DNA of 64,000 nucleotides from an uncultured Gammaproteobacteria bacterium (GCA_963797555.1 CAWCPV010000004.1:96001-160000); one strand, 5' to 3'; shown: positions 19,287 to 30,930, numbered from the stretch's first letter. Notes: a model not told the origin generated them from the sequence alone. Numbers and translations: made by a program.

Positions 19287-19620
19287 GGCGTTGTCGATCA
19301 AATAAATTTATGGGCGCATTAAATGTACTATGGGCTTGGCCCCAGGAGGGGTTTCCCCGGTTTTCCCCCTATTTGGCGCGTTTGGGCAGACCGAGCCTGT
19401 TCATGCGGTTGAGCACGGAGACACCCACGTAGGCCTCGGTGATCTGGGTGTGTGGCAGACGGGCGCTGAGGCAGGGGCCGAGGATCTGTTTGTAGCGAAA
19501 CATGGCGGTCTCGGCGTTACTGCGCCAGTGATAGCCGACGGTGCGTTTCCAGGCTGAACGGCCTTGGGTGCGGCAAGCCTCGATGCCGCTGCCGAGTTTT
19601 GTCGCAGGCGGTCTTTCACC
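19287..19620 (-). mobile_element. IS5-family (IS903-group) transposase 3' remnant with terminal IR
   Basis: GYHWRSNAETAMFRYKQILG...LSAR...LNRM. GGCGTTGTCG at 19287 resembles IS903-type ends. Confidence 0.75.
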
Positions 19621-20328
19621 CATCACAATGATGGTCCTCACGCATCTCAATACGGTCGCGCTCAGCGAGGACTGCAGCGGCGGCCGGGAGTCTCACCACC
19701 GGAGCCGAGGTGAATCGTGAGGCCAGCAGGCCGGCTCGTCAACCCTCGCGTGCCGGGCGCAAGACACGCAAGCCGCCGGTCGGGTCCGCAAGCGAAGGAG
19801 TCAGCTCATGGAACTGGGTATTTCGGGCAGGAAGGTGCGATCGTTTGCGCCGCCAGCAGGGTACGCGAGACCGCCCAACAGGTCGCCCCCGAAGAGAAAC
19901 CGGAAGTCCGGGGGAAGAGATTGCGGAGCACTCGCGCCAGCGAGAGCGCCGCCATCGCGAGGATGAGGTCGTGGGGAGCTTGCGGGCTAACACGTGCGGG
20001 TCTCCCTTTTTGGGGCGGCTATCCCCCCGAGGAGCGCCCACAAGGTTCAGCATCAGAACGGTTTCTCCATGTGTCTGGGTGGAATCGCTCTGCTGGGCAC
20101 GCGGTAACTGGCACTGCCATCGAAGCGGCGGCGCATAGGGTCTTTACCGAGCAGCCGCAGAGGGAGGTACGCTATGGGCATCGGACAACGCTGCTGGTGG
20201 GGCGCGCGGCAGATTGATTCACAGGCTCCCAGGGGAGCAGGGAACGAAACGGCCGGCTGCGGAATCTACAGCTACTGTCCGGGTCGGGCACATACACTCG
20301 GACCCCAACGACAGCGAGGCATACGACG

Positions 20329-21186
20329 ATGGCACTTCGGAAAGTCCTTCAGCTCGTGGCCGCGACCTCCGTCTCCGAGGGCGCCGGGGTCACCGTGCGG
20401 CGCAGCATCGGGACGCCGGCCCTGCGCCACCTGGATCCGTTCCTGATGCTAGACCATTTCAGCAGCGAGGACCCCAACGACTACATCGCGGGATTTCCGG
20501 ACCATCCCCACCGTGGGTTCGTGACCCTTACCTATATGCTCAACGGCCACATTCTGCACCGGGACAGCATGGGCAACCGCGGGGATCTGCGCTCCGGCGG
20601 GGCGCAGTGGATGAAAGCGGCGAGCGGCGTCATCCACTCCGAGATGCCCCAGCAGGCAGAGGGCCTGATGCGCGGCTTCCAGCTCTGGGTCAACTTACCC
20701 GGGCGCGAGAAGATGAGCGACCCCGCTTACCAGGAGATCCCCCCTGAGGCCATCCCGGAGATCGAGACGGAAGGGGTGCGCGTGCGGCTGCTGAGCGGGC
20801 AGCACGACGGGCGCCGCGGCCCGATAGACGATCCCCACACCGCCGTAATGTACCTGGACGTCCGTTTGGAGCCCGGCCGCAGCTTCGCACATACGCTCAG
20901 TACCGAGCTGAGCGCCTTTCTTTACGTCTTCGAGGGCGATGCGACCGTGGCCGGCAAGGCCGTGCCACTTCACTGCCTTGCCGTGCTCGGTACGGGCGAC
21001 GAGGTGAAGGTGACCGCAGGCCCCAACGGTACGCGCTTTATCCTGGTTGCCGGGCGTCCGCTCCGCGAGGCCATCGTCCAGTACGGGCCGTTCGTGATGA
21101 GCGCCCGCGAGGAGATTGAGCAGGCTGTCGAGGACTACCGCGACGGACGGCTGGTGCGAAAGAAGGCCGACGTCCTTGGAAAGTAG
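20329..21186 (+). CDS. Pirin family protein
   Basis: DPFLMLD, GFPDHPHRGF, HRDSMG, GVIHSEMP, FQLWVNLP and YGPFVM. Confidence 0.95.
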   Translation: MALRKVLQLVAATSVSEGAGVTVRRSIGTPALRHLDPFLMLDHFSSEDPNDYIAGFPDHPHRGFVTLTYMLNGHILHRDSMGNRGDLRSGGAQWMKAASGVIHSEMPQQAEGLMRGFQLWVNLPGREKMSDPAYQEIPPEAIPEIETEGVRVRLLSGQHDGRRGPIDDPHTAVMYLDVRLEPGRSFAHTLSTELSAFLYVFEGDATVAGKAVPLHCLAVLGTGDEVKVTAGPNGTRFILVAGRPLREAIVQYGPFVMSAREEIEQAVEDYRDGRLVRKKADVLGK

Positions 21187-21589
21187 AGAAACGAAGCCGG
21201 AGGAGGAGGGTGTCTCTGACTGCCGAGTCGGGCTCCATGACCTGAAAACGCTTCCCCTCGATTGCTCTCATCGCCACGCAGCCGAAGTCTGCCGGCAATC
21301 CCAGTGCCGGAAAACGGCACACCGGGTCTGACGGGGCGGGCGCTGGAAACCCGGCCCGGCTGGTCCTGTACTGCTGAGGGAGGGCTGGCACACGGCGCCC
21401 AGCTTCCTCCACCTGGGAAACCGCCCTCGAAGCCATGAGGAGCTGCCTCTCAGCCGAAGGGCGGGTCCCGAGGCCGGGGATGAGGTGCGCTTTTCGAAAC
21501 CGTGTCGAATGTACGCTCGGCCGTGGCTGGTGATCGTGGTTCTTGGGCTTGCGTCAGCGGTGCAGAGCGCGCAAAAGGAGTCTAGGTAC

Positions 21590-22694
21590 ATGCCGGATCC
21601 GCGCACTCAAGACGCCATCGCGCTCATGCTGGGCTTCGCGGAGCGTACCGGGCTCGTCTCCGAACGCCCTCCGCGGCGCTACCTGTGGACGGACGCCTTT
21701 GCGGTATGCAATTTCCTCGGCCTGGCGCGTCTGACCGGGGAGCAGCGGTACATGGATCTCGCTCTGCGGCTGGTCGATCAAGTGCATCACACGCTGGGAC
21801 GGCATCGGGAAGACGATCCGCGTACCGGCTGGATCAGCGGGCTGACCGAGCGCGACGGTGAGGCCCATCCCACCCGAGGCGGGCTTCGGATCGGCAAGAA
21901 GCTCCCCGAACGCGGTCCCAGCGAGCCTTTCGACGAGGCGCTGGAGTGGGATCGCGACGGGCAGTACTTCCATTACTTGACCCAGTGGATGCACGCCCTG
22001 GATCAGGTGACACGTTCGACCGGGCGGCCGCAGTTCAATGCATGGGCGCGCGATCTCGCCGGAACCGCGTATACGGCGTTCACTTATGTGCCTGCCGCCG
22101 GGCGTCCCCGCCGCATGTACTGGAAGATGAGCATCGACCTGAAGCGGCCGCTCGTGCCTGCCATGGGGCAGCACGATCCGCTGGACGGATACATCACTTA
22201 CGTCCAGCTCCGTTCGACCGCAGCGAGGTTCCCGAATTCCTTCGGCGCGGTAAACCTTGAAGACGAGACCCGCCAATTCGCAGCGATGGTCGAGAGAGGC
22301 GAGTGGGAGACCCCCGATCCGCTAGGCATCGGCGGTCTGCTGATCGACGCTTACCGTGTGAAGCAGTTGATGCAGCAGGGTGCATTCTCGGACGAGCGTC
22401 TTCTCGAGACTTTGCTCACGGCGTCGCTCGCGGGGCTGCAGTCTTACGCCAAAGGCGGCGAGTTACAATCGCCGGCCGAATACCGGCTTGCTTTTCGGGA
22501 TCTCGGTTTGGCGATTGGGCTGCACGCGATAAGACTCATGTGGCAAGCCGCCGAGCGCGATCCGAAGCGCTCTGCCGCGAGCTCCGCGGTGCATGCACGC
22601 CTTCAAACGCTGATGCAATATGCGCCTCTCGGCGAGCAGATCGAATCGTTCTGGCGGGACCCCGAGCATCGACGCGCTACTACTTGGTCTGAGC
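21590..22694 (+). pseudogene. Conserved hypothetical protein, C-terminus cut by an IS4-family insertion
   Basis: Gene-like ORF (RRYLWTDAFAVCNF, GGLRIGK, DGQYFHYLT.WMHAL, LAFRDLGLAIGL) runs without its own stop into the IS end at 22695. Confidence 0.7.
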
Positions 22695-23460
22695 CATGTC
22701 GTTATACACATCTCGGGCTCTGTGAGGCCCGTTGTGCGTCCATGGCGAGCACGAAGTCGCGGGTTCGCTGCAGCCCGATCCACAGGCTTTGCGGACCCGG
22801 GAAGCCGTCGCCCTTGCGATTGAGGAGGCCGCCGAAGCTCGCCACCATACGCACCATCGCATCGAGCGGGGGGGGTGTCTCAGGCGGGGGCTGGCGCTTG
22901 GTGACGATATACACCGCGCGCCATTCCTCCTCGGCGAACACCACGTTGCAGGGCATCTGCGGGCAGTCGCGCCCGAGCAGGGTGAGGTAGAGCACCCGCC
23001 AGGCGATGATGAGGTAGAAGGCGAGCGCGGGCTCCAGGCGTTCGAAGGTCTCGAGCTGCAGCTTCTCGATGCGGCAGCCGCTTTTGAGGATCTTGAAGAA
23101 CACCTCGATTTGCCACCGGCAGAGGTACCATTGGAGCTTCTCCAGGGCCTGCTCGGCGGTCTCGACGGGGAGGCTGGTGAGGAGCAGCCACTCGATGGGC
23201 TCCTCGCCCTGGGGCGGGTCCACCTCGCGGGCCAGCACGGCGCTCACCTCGATGTCCGCCAGGGTGCGGTCCGAGCGATGCGGGGCCTTGAAAGTGACGC
23301 GTGCGACGCGCAGCTGCTGGTGGATGCGCCGCGCTGGACGCCTAGCGGTGGCGGGCAGGTCGAATTCGGCCTCGGCCAGCACCGGCGTAGAGGTCGGCCT
23401 CGCGGTCGGCGACATAGACCAACCGGGTCTCGGGCAGGGACTCGATCGAGCTCCGAGACG
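22695..23460 (-). mobile_element. IS4-family (IS50/Tn5-like) transposase remnant with Tn5-like end
   Basis: VYVADREAD, EWLLLT, YLCRWQIEVFFKILKSGC and GG..RKGDG.PG...W.G. End sequence CATGTCGTTATACACATCT at 22695-22713. Internal deletions present. Confidence 0.88.
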
Positions 23461-23830
23461 CGTGCCCGCGAACCGGCCGACCTCGACAAAGGTCTCCAGC
23501 AGCACCGGGCGTACCCCGTAGCGCTCTTCGAACTCGCCCGGCACCTGCCGCGCGGCCAGCCCGAGAACCGCGCATGGTTCAGCACCTGCCCCAGGTGCTG
23601 CGCACGGCTTGGCGCATCCCAGCCAATCCAGCGGTCGCGCACGCCCACCTTCCAGGCCGCGGCCCGAAGCCCATGGCCCCCACCACACCCCCGTCCCAGC
23701 GAATCAGATAGCGCAGCTGGGCACCGGGCAGCGGCCGGTAGCCCAGATAATGGTACCGGTCGATGAGCCCATTCCACAGCGCCGAGTCCGCCGGGTCAGC
23801 AACCGGCGCCAAGTGCAGACCCTGCAAATC
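23461..23830 (-). pseudogene. DUF4338 (DruA-like) domain fragment preceding the IS4 transposase
   Basis: WNGLIDRYHYLGYRPLPGAQLRYL...RDRWIGW...VLNHARF...YGVRPVLLETFV..GRFAGT, spread over shifted frames. Confidence 0.7.
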
Positions 23831-23844
23831 CCGCACTGCGCCCA

Positions 23845-25032
23845 CCACCGGTACCTCAGCGGGTACCGGCTGCCGGGAACCGAAGCGCTCGAGCTCCACC
23901 ACCTGTACCGGGCCATGGCCTGGCTGGGGGAGGCGCTGCCGGCGGAGGCGCAGGCCGGGCGCACACCGTTCGCCCCGCGGTGCATCAAGGACCTCATCGA
24001 GGAGGACCTGTTCGCCTACCGCCGCACTACCCTGGACGTGGTGTTCTTCGACACCACCTCCTTGTACTTCGAGGGCGAGGGCGGAGGGAGCCTCGGTCAG
24101 TACGGGCACAGCAAGGATCACCGGCCGGATCTCAAGCAGATGGTGGTGGGTGCGGTGTTGGACGGTGCCGGCCAGCCGGTGTGCTGCGAGCTGTGGTCAG
24201 GCAATACCTGCGATGTCACTCTCTCTGGTGCCCATCGTGGAGCGGCTGCGCAGGCGCTTTGCCATCGGGGAGCTGTGCGTGGTGGCCGACCGCGGCATGA
24301 TCAGCCAGCCCCACGCTCGGGGAGGGCGCGGATGCGCCGGCACAAGGAGGTGCGCGAGGAGGTCCTGGCCCGAGCCGGCCGCTATCACGTGGTCCATCCA
24401 CCCGGTGCCCACGCCCAGGACCCTGCCCCCCTGCGGGTCAAGGAGGTGAACGTCGAGGGCCGCCGCTATGTGGTCTGTCTCAACGAGGCCCAGAAGCGCA
24501 AGGACGAGGCGGACCGTGCGGTCATCCTGGCGGCGTTGCGCGAGAAGCTCAAGCAGGGCGACAAGGCGCTCATCGGCAACCGCGGCTACCGCAAGTACCT
24601 CGCGGGCCAGGGCGAGCGCTTCGTCATCGACGAGCAGGCGGTGCGCCGCGAAGCGCGCTACGACGGCAAGTGGGTGCTGCGCACCAACACCGACCTCACT
24701 GCCGCCGAGGTGGCACTGAAGTACAAGCAGCTGTGGATGGTGGAGGAGCTGTTTCGCGAAGCCGCTGCTCGCCACCCGGCCCATCTTCCACCGCTGCGAC
24801 GAGACCATCCGCGGTCACGTGTTCTGCTCGTTCCTGACGCTCATCTTGCGCAAGGAGCTCCAGGCGGGTCTGGAAGCCCGCGGCGAGCCCCTGGAGTGGG
24901 ACGACATCGTGCGCGATCTCGACGCCCTTACCGAGACCGAGGTCGTACACGAGGGCAAGCGCTTTCGCCTGCGAGCCGAAGCCAAGGGCACCTGCGGCAA
25001 GGTCTTCCAGGCCCTCGGCGTGGCCCCCCCTC
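23845..25032 (+). mobile_element. IS1634-family transposase remnant (frameshifted, deleted)
   Basis: LYRAMAWL, FFDTTSLYFEG, GHSKDHRPDLKQ, VVADRGM, DGKWVLRTN, YKQLWMVE and IRGHVFCSFL. Confidence 0.85.
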
Positions 25033-26550
25033 TGTGCCAATAATGACTGAGACACGGGTTTCCTGGAATGTAAGTATGATTCGAGGGCGGACTGGAGGAT
25101 GTCATGCCCAAGCCTGTTTCAGTTGGAAGTGGTACTGAGGTGGTAGCCAACCCTGAGCATGATCGGGGGCTGCATCGGCGCTTCTCGGCCGAGGACAAGC
25201 AACGTCTTTTGGCCGAGGCCGAGGCTTGCACTGAGCGTGGAGCACTGGCGGCGCTGCTGCGTCGAGAGCGGCTGTACAGCTCCCAATTGGCGGCCTGGCG
25301 TGTGCAGCTCGAGCGTGAAGGCGAGGCCGGGCTCGCACCCAGGAAGCCGGGTCGCAAGGCGCTCAAGGATGCCAAGGACCGGCGCGCATCGAGGCGCTGG
25401 AGCGCGACAAGGCGATCCTCACGCGCAAGCTCCTCATCGCCGAGAAGCTCCTTGAGCTCCAAAAAAAAGCCCAGGAGTTGTTGGCGGCCACCGAGAGCGA
25501 GCACGTGCCATGAGTGCGCTTCACTCGAAGCGTGTGACCCGGTGGTGCCGCTCAAGTCCGCCTGTGCGGCCCTGGGGCTTGCGCGGGCGACACTCTATCG
25601 GCACCGACCGCGGGTTACTCGGCCTGCCAGCGGTCCACGGTGTAGCCCACGGCGCCTGAGCGAGGCGCAGCGCCGGGAAGTGCTCGAGGTGCTCCACGAG
25701 GAGCGCTCATCGACCAGCCCCCGGCTGAGGTCTACGCCAAGCTTCTGGACGAGGGGCGGTATCTGTGTTCTGTTCGCACCATGCATCGGCTGTTGGCCGA
25801 ATCCGCAGAGTCGGGCGAGCGGCGCGCCGTGCGCCCCAAAACTCACCATCCCGTGCCGCGCTTGGAGGCAAGCGCCCCCAACCAAGTCTGGACCTGGGAC
25901 ATCACCAAGCTCGCCACCCTGAGCCGAGGCGTGTTCCTGAATCTCTACGTGGTGCTCGACCTCTACAGCCGCTTCGTGGTGGCTTGGCTGGCGGCCCGCG
26001 AGAACAGTGCACTCGCCAAACAACTGCTGGCAGAAGCCATCCATCGCCATGGCATCGAGCCACGCAGCCTGCGGGTCCACCAGGACCGCGGTGCCCCCAT
26101 GACCGCACGGGGCTTTCTCGACCTCCTGGCGGAGCTGAAGGTGGAGCCCTCTCACTCCCGCCCCAGGGTGAGTAACGACAATCCCTTCTCCGAGTCTCAG
26201 TTCAAGACCCTCAAGTACCAGCCGGACTTTCCCAGTCGCTTCCGAGGTCTCGAGCAGGGGCGGGCTTGGTGCACCGAGTTCTTCGACTGGTACAACCACC
26301 ACCATCAGCATTCGGGGCTCGCCCTGTTCACGCCGGCTGATGTGTTTCACGGACGGGTCAAGGAGCTCTTGGCGGTGCGCCAGGCGGCGCTCGATGCCGC
26401 CCACCAGGCACATCCCGAGCGCTTCGTGCGGGGGCGCCCAGTCGCAGCCCAGCCCCCCAAGCTGGTCGCCATCAACCCGATAGTCCCCGAGCAGGATCTG
26501 CCCACGGCCAGTACCCTGCTCCTCGAGCAAGCCAACACGCTCGGCCATTG
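25033..26550 (+). mobile_element. IS3-family element (orfA/orfB), frameshifted, right end missing
   Basis: orfA: RRFSAEDK...LLRRERLYSSQL. orfB integrase core: PNQVWTWDITKL, LDLYSR, HQDRG, SNDNPFSESQFKTLK. Confidence 0.88.
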
Positions 26551-28838
26551 CAGAACTCCTGACTTGGCGCTAAATTCAATGCGACTGGACGGTGTCGTAG
26601 ACCAGGCGCAGGTGGGTGCCAGGGTATTTCATCGGCTGGGTATTCAGATATTCGCAAAGAGCGATGAGAGCTTGTTGAGATCGATTATTGGCCAAGCCGT
26701 AGAGACGCACCCGCAATTCATGGCGCTGGTAATCCGGGATAATATCGCCGGGTAAGCAGAACACGGCTTTGAGGAAGGCGCGAACTTCGTCGTCGTGGCG
26801 CACGAAAAAGGGTTCGACAATGCTCGCGAGACAACTCTCACTGCGATAAGCGACGACCTTGATGAGCTGGGTAATGGTTTTTCGTTCGCGTTCGTGATGT
26901 ACGATCTTGTCCGCCTCATAAATGCTCTTCAATGGCACGCGCTTTTCCATCGCGTTGATGCGTTCGCTGAGTTGCTCGCATTGCCTTTCCAATCGTTCGA
27001 TGGCCTCTGTCGCCTTCTCTTGCTTCGCCGTCGATGCCCTGTTACGTTGGTGCTTGCCACGCTGGGCGTAGGCTCTGCCGAGCTGCGCCTTGGTTGCCTG
27101 GAGCGATTTTATCAGCGCTCGGCGCTCAGGATCGGGAACCATCCGCTCAGGATCGGCTGGTTCGGTGGCATAGGTGCTCAAGTGGTCGATGTTGAATTCG
27201 TCCTGCAGGTATTTGAAGAAGTTCTCTTGGCGCCAACGGCCGAACATGCGATGGGCGATCTCTGCGGCAGGTAAGTCCTGCCGGGTCGTCAGGATCGCGC
27301 TCTGATGTCCGTTTTTGCATAAGCGGCGGATCTCGCGCATCCACAAGGCGGGTTGTTTGCGATTGGCAGCGATGACCTGCACGCTGCACTCGGCCAGACT
27401 ATAGGTCACAGACTTACCGTGGTGCTCGACGCTTAAGGGGCGGAAGTCCTCCGGGTCCCAGGGCGTTTGTTTACCCTTGCGATACGTGATGACTTCGGCC
27501 CCTTGGCTGTGCCACTGCTGGAAGGACTGGGGGCTCCAAGCCTCACGGTCAAACACCAAGGTCAGCGTCCGGTCGGGGCCGATCTGCTGGCGCGCCTGGG
27601 GAATGACCTCCTGCTCGATCAGCGCCAAGAGGTGTCCATTGAGGGGGCTGGTGACGAAGAACACCGGCTCGGCCGCTCCGTTATGCACCCAAACATCCGT
27701 CGAGGCGGGCAGACACTGGCGGCGTTTCTGCACCAACGTCTTAGGCAGCGGATGCTTGCGCCCCGTGTAGGCATGGACGTGACCGTCGACGTACAGTATG
27801 CCCAGCTCATCGGGCTCCCCCTGCGCCCACTGGGCGGTCAACGCCGCGGCTAGTTGCGCCGCCTGTTGGCGAGCTCCCAGTTGCGCGAGCTTACGCCGCA
27901 GCGTTTTGACTTCCGGCACGCGATCCAGTCCCAGCAAGATGCCCAGCTCACCAGGCGCTCAATGCTCTTGATGCGCAACAACGCCATCATGACCAGGCAC
28001 CACAGGATCGAATGCAGACCATAGAACCCGGCTTTGAGCGGCGCGTAAACACGCTCGGCGTGGCACAGCAGACCTTCACCAATCATGGCCGGTAAGGCAA
28101 GCAAGACGCCGGCGTTCGCCACGCCCTCCGCAGGCTCAAAGTGGGGGGCTGCTTCGCCGAGCATCCCTTGGCAGGCGAGGACGCGTTCCTCCAAGCGTTT
28201 GACCGCGGTACCCGCCCCGCGGGCCTGCGCGGCGTCACGCTCAGCCCGCTCGCCTGGCAAGAGCGCGGCGCGGTGTTGTCGAGGCCGCTGGCGGCGCAGC
28301 CGTCCGGTCTTGATCGCATGGCGCACCGCCGTCTCACTCACACCGAGCGCACGCGCGGCCTGCGACTGCGAGCACCCTTGGTCCAAGCACGCCTGAGCGA
28401 TCGGCAAAACCTCATCGGTGAGCTTAATGCCCACGACGCGGCGCACCATGGCCTCGGCCATCGCGTATGGCATCAAGACCCCCTTCGCGATACAGCGTCT
28501 GGTTGCGAAATACCGTCGAGCGGTGAACACCCAACACCGCCGCCAAGTCCTCACCCTTCGCTAAACCCTGCGTCATGAACACCGCCCCGAGGTAACGCTT
28601 AGCCGTCGTATCCGTACGCGCGCAGCTCATCAACGGACCGGAGGCATTCATGAACACGAGTTCCTTGGGCGTTTCGATGACCGTCAACCGCAAACCCAAT
28701 GTCACAGCCTGTTCGGGCAGCAGGGGAAGCTCAATGGTGCCTGGCATAGCATTCCTCTGGTCTCGTATTTATATTTCGATACCAGCATCGATTATAGCGC
28801 CTTCTCAATCGGTTAGGTAGCGCATGTCAGGAGTTCTG
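26551..28838 (-). mobile_element. Unclassified 2288-bp IS ('IS-X') copy 1; HTH + DDE-type transposase split by two frameshifts
   Basis: 13-bp perfect terminal IR CAGAACTCCTGAC; flanks CATTG and CAGTG. Transposase motifs LYVDGH, VFDREAW, RWRQENFFK. Near-identical copy at 39671-43482. Confidence 0.85.
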
Positions 28839-28840
28839 CA

Positions 28841-29160
28841 GTGGTTCTTGTGGCTTGTCGTGTTGGTCAGGCAGCGGCGGAGGAGTCATTGGTGGTAGGG
28901 CGCATATCGCATTGGAGGGATAGTTGCTGCGCTATGTCCCCGCCACAAGAAACTGGGTCGCTACCGTCAAGGATGCACCGTTTGGGATGGACGATGCTTT
29001 CTTTTCGGACGAACACGGGAAAGCAGAGTTCATCATGCCCAATAACACCTGGATTAGGATCGGCGGGAGCACGCAGATCCAGTTCATCGCCTTGAAGAAC
29101 GATGTGACCGAGGTCGACGTGGCTCAGGGTGTGGCTCGGTGTTACAACGGTCCTGTTTCA
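28841..29160 (+). pseudogene. FecR-like beta-rich periplasmic protein fragment
   Basis: VVGRISH / LRYVP...WVATVKDAPFG.DD...GKAEFIMPNNTWIRIG..TQIQ...VARCYN, frameshifted; 5' end removed at the IS-X junction. Confidence 0.5.
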
Positions 29161-29495
29161 CCCTAGAGTGCTCATGCAGAAACCGAAGCGAGTGGAGGCG
29201 CCGAGCCCGGGTGTGACAGGACGGCCAACCATAGGACCAGCGAAGGGAATTCCGGGCACACGCGATGAGAGGCTGCAGCCGACCGAGTCGGGACAACCGG
29301 GCCAGAGTCCCATACGGCCTCCGAGACACGCCGAAAGAGTCGGCCCGAAAGAGCCAACGCAAGCGCCGGAACCGGGACGCCCCCCCCGCGAAGCCAGAGC
29401 CAAGACTCCGGCTGCCGGTCCTCAGCCTCTGAGCAACCCAATCCCGCGCGCGGGCCAGGTGTTCTGGAAGAAACGCCGATGAGGTACAAGGTGAG

Positions 29496-29673
29496 CGGCA
29501 GCGCCGAGAATGACCGACACGTCATGGGTGCGAGCCCGCGGCGTTAGCCGACGCCTTGGTGCGAGCTCGTCTCTGAGCATGGTCCGGGAATCGTCGGTGA
29601 CATGGGTGAGCGGCGCGAGCCGCATCCCGTTTGAGAGATCGAGTCGATTTCGATGCTTCCCATGGCGCTGCCG
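29496..29673 (+). ncRNA. Candidate IS110 bridge/seek-type structured RNA upstream of the transposase
   Basis: Closing 10-bp perfect IR CGGCAGCGCC / GGCGCTGCCG, internal GCGA-tetraloop hairpins; ends 25 nt before the IS110 ATG. Confidence 0.5.
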
Positions 29674-29698
29674 TTCCTCAACGATAGTGGAGCAGGCC

Positions 29699-30930
29699 AT
29701 GGCGATGCGCAAGCGAGAAGAGGAGGTTTTTCCCAACGCGGCGGCGGTGGAGGTAGGGGCATCGAGTCACTGGGTGGCAGTGCCTGCGCATCGCAGCGAT
29801 GCCCCGGTGCGCGAAGTCGCTACGATGACCGATGACCTCAACGCCCTGGCCGACTGGCTACTCGCCTGCGGGGTCGATGGGGTGGCGCTGGAGTCCACTG
29901 GGGGGTACTGGGTCCCGGTGTACGAGGTGTTGGAGAGCCGCGGCTTGAAGGTGTGGCGGGTTGATGCGCGGCAGGTGAAGTACGTGCCGGGGCGCAAGAG
30001 CGACGTGCAGGACTGCCAGTGGCTGCAAAAGCTCGTGAGCCATGGGCTGCTGCGCGCAGCGTTGCGACCCGCGGCTCACCGAGCAGGCCAGTTGGGTGCA
30101 GCGCATGCAAAAGGCGCTAGTGCAGATGAACATCCAGCTCACCGAGGTCATCAGCGACGTGACGGGCCAGGCGATCATCGGCGACATTGTGTCCGGCCAG
30201 CGCGATGCGCGGGTGCTGGCGCGGCACCGTCAGCCGGCGCATCCGGGCCAGCGAGCAAGACATCGCGCGAGCGCTGACGGGCAACTGGCGCGAGGAGCAC
30301 CTGTTCGTGCTCAAGCAGGCGCTGGGGATGTATGAGGACGATGCCCAGTGGCTGGCCATGTTGGCTCGCGCCGGTCTGTTGCGCGCCTCCTTCGTGCCGA
30401 AGGCCAAACTGCGCGAGCTGCGCCTGATCGCCCGGCAGCGACAGAAGCTCGTGGGCTTGGCTGCCTCGGAGAAGAACCGGCTGCACAAGGTGCTCACCGA
30501 TGGTGGCATCCGCCTGGGGGTGGTGGTGAGCGATATCCACGGCCAGTCGGCCCGTGCCATGCTGAAAGCCCTCATCCAGGGGGCTGCTGCCCACGAGGTC
30601 CTCCCCCTGGCCAGCCGCCGGCTGAAGGCGAGCCGCGAGGAGCTGCTCGATGCCCTGCAGGGGGACCTGACCGAGTCTCATCGCTTCGTCCTCGATGAAT
30701 TGATGCGCCACATCGAGGAGCTCGAAGCCCGCATCGCCCGCTTCGATGCTCGCTTGCTCGAAGGCCTGAAGGAGGAGGCCAACAGCCTGCTGTTGTTGCA
30801 GACCCTACCAGGGGTCAATGTCATCGGTGCCGCCATGCTGCTGGTGGAAATCGGTAGCGACATGAGCGCCTTCGGTCATGCCGAGCGGCTCGCTTCCTGG
30901 GTGGGTATCTGCCCCGGCAACCACGAGTCG
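29699..30930 (+). mobile_element. Two fused IS110-family transposase remnants
   Basis: First piece: PNAAAVEVGASSHW, ALESTGGYW, VPGRKSDVQDCQWL. Second piece from about 30335: DAQWLA..ARAGLLRASFVP...TLPGV...VEIG.DM..F...CPGNHES, cut at 30930. Confidence 0.85.

Noticed and set aside
19650-20328. Hidden gene or RNA in the 0.7-kb gap before pirin
   Set aside because: The ORFs are low-complexity and motif-free, and I could not support a structure; probably decayed sequence.
23461-23830. Druantia anti-phage system
   Set aside because: Only a broken DUF4338 fragment tied to a transposase; no DruE-like helicase or other dru genes.
25461-25468. Programmed -1 frameshift at the A8 run of the IS3 element
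   Set aside because: Ordinary for IS3 if real, and other indels nearby prevent assigning frames with confidence.
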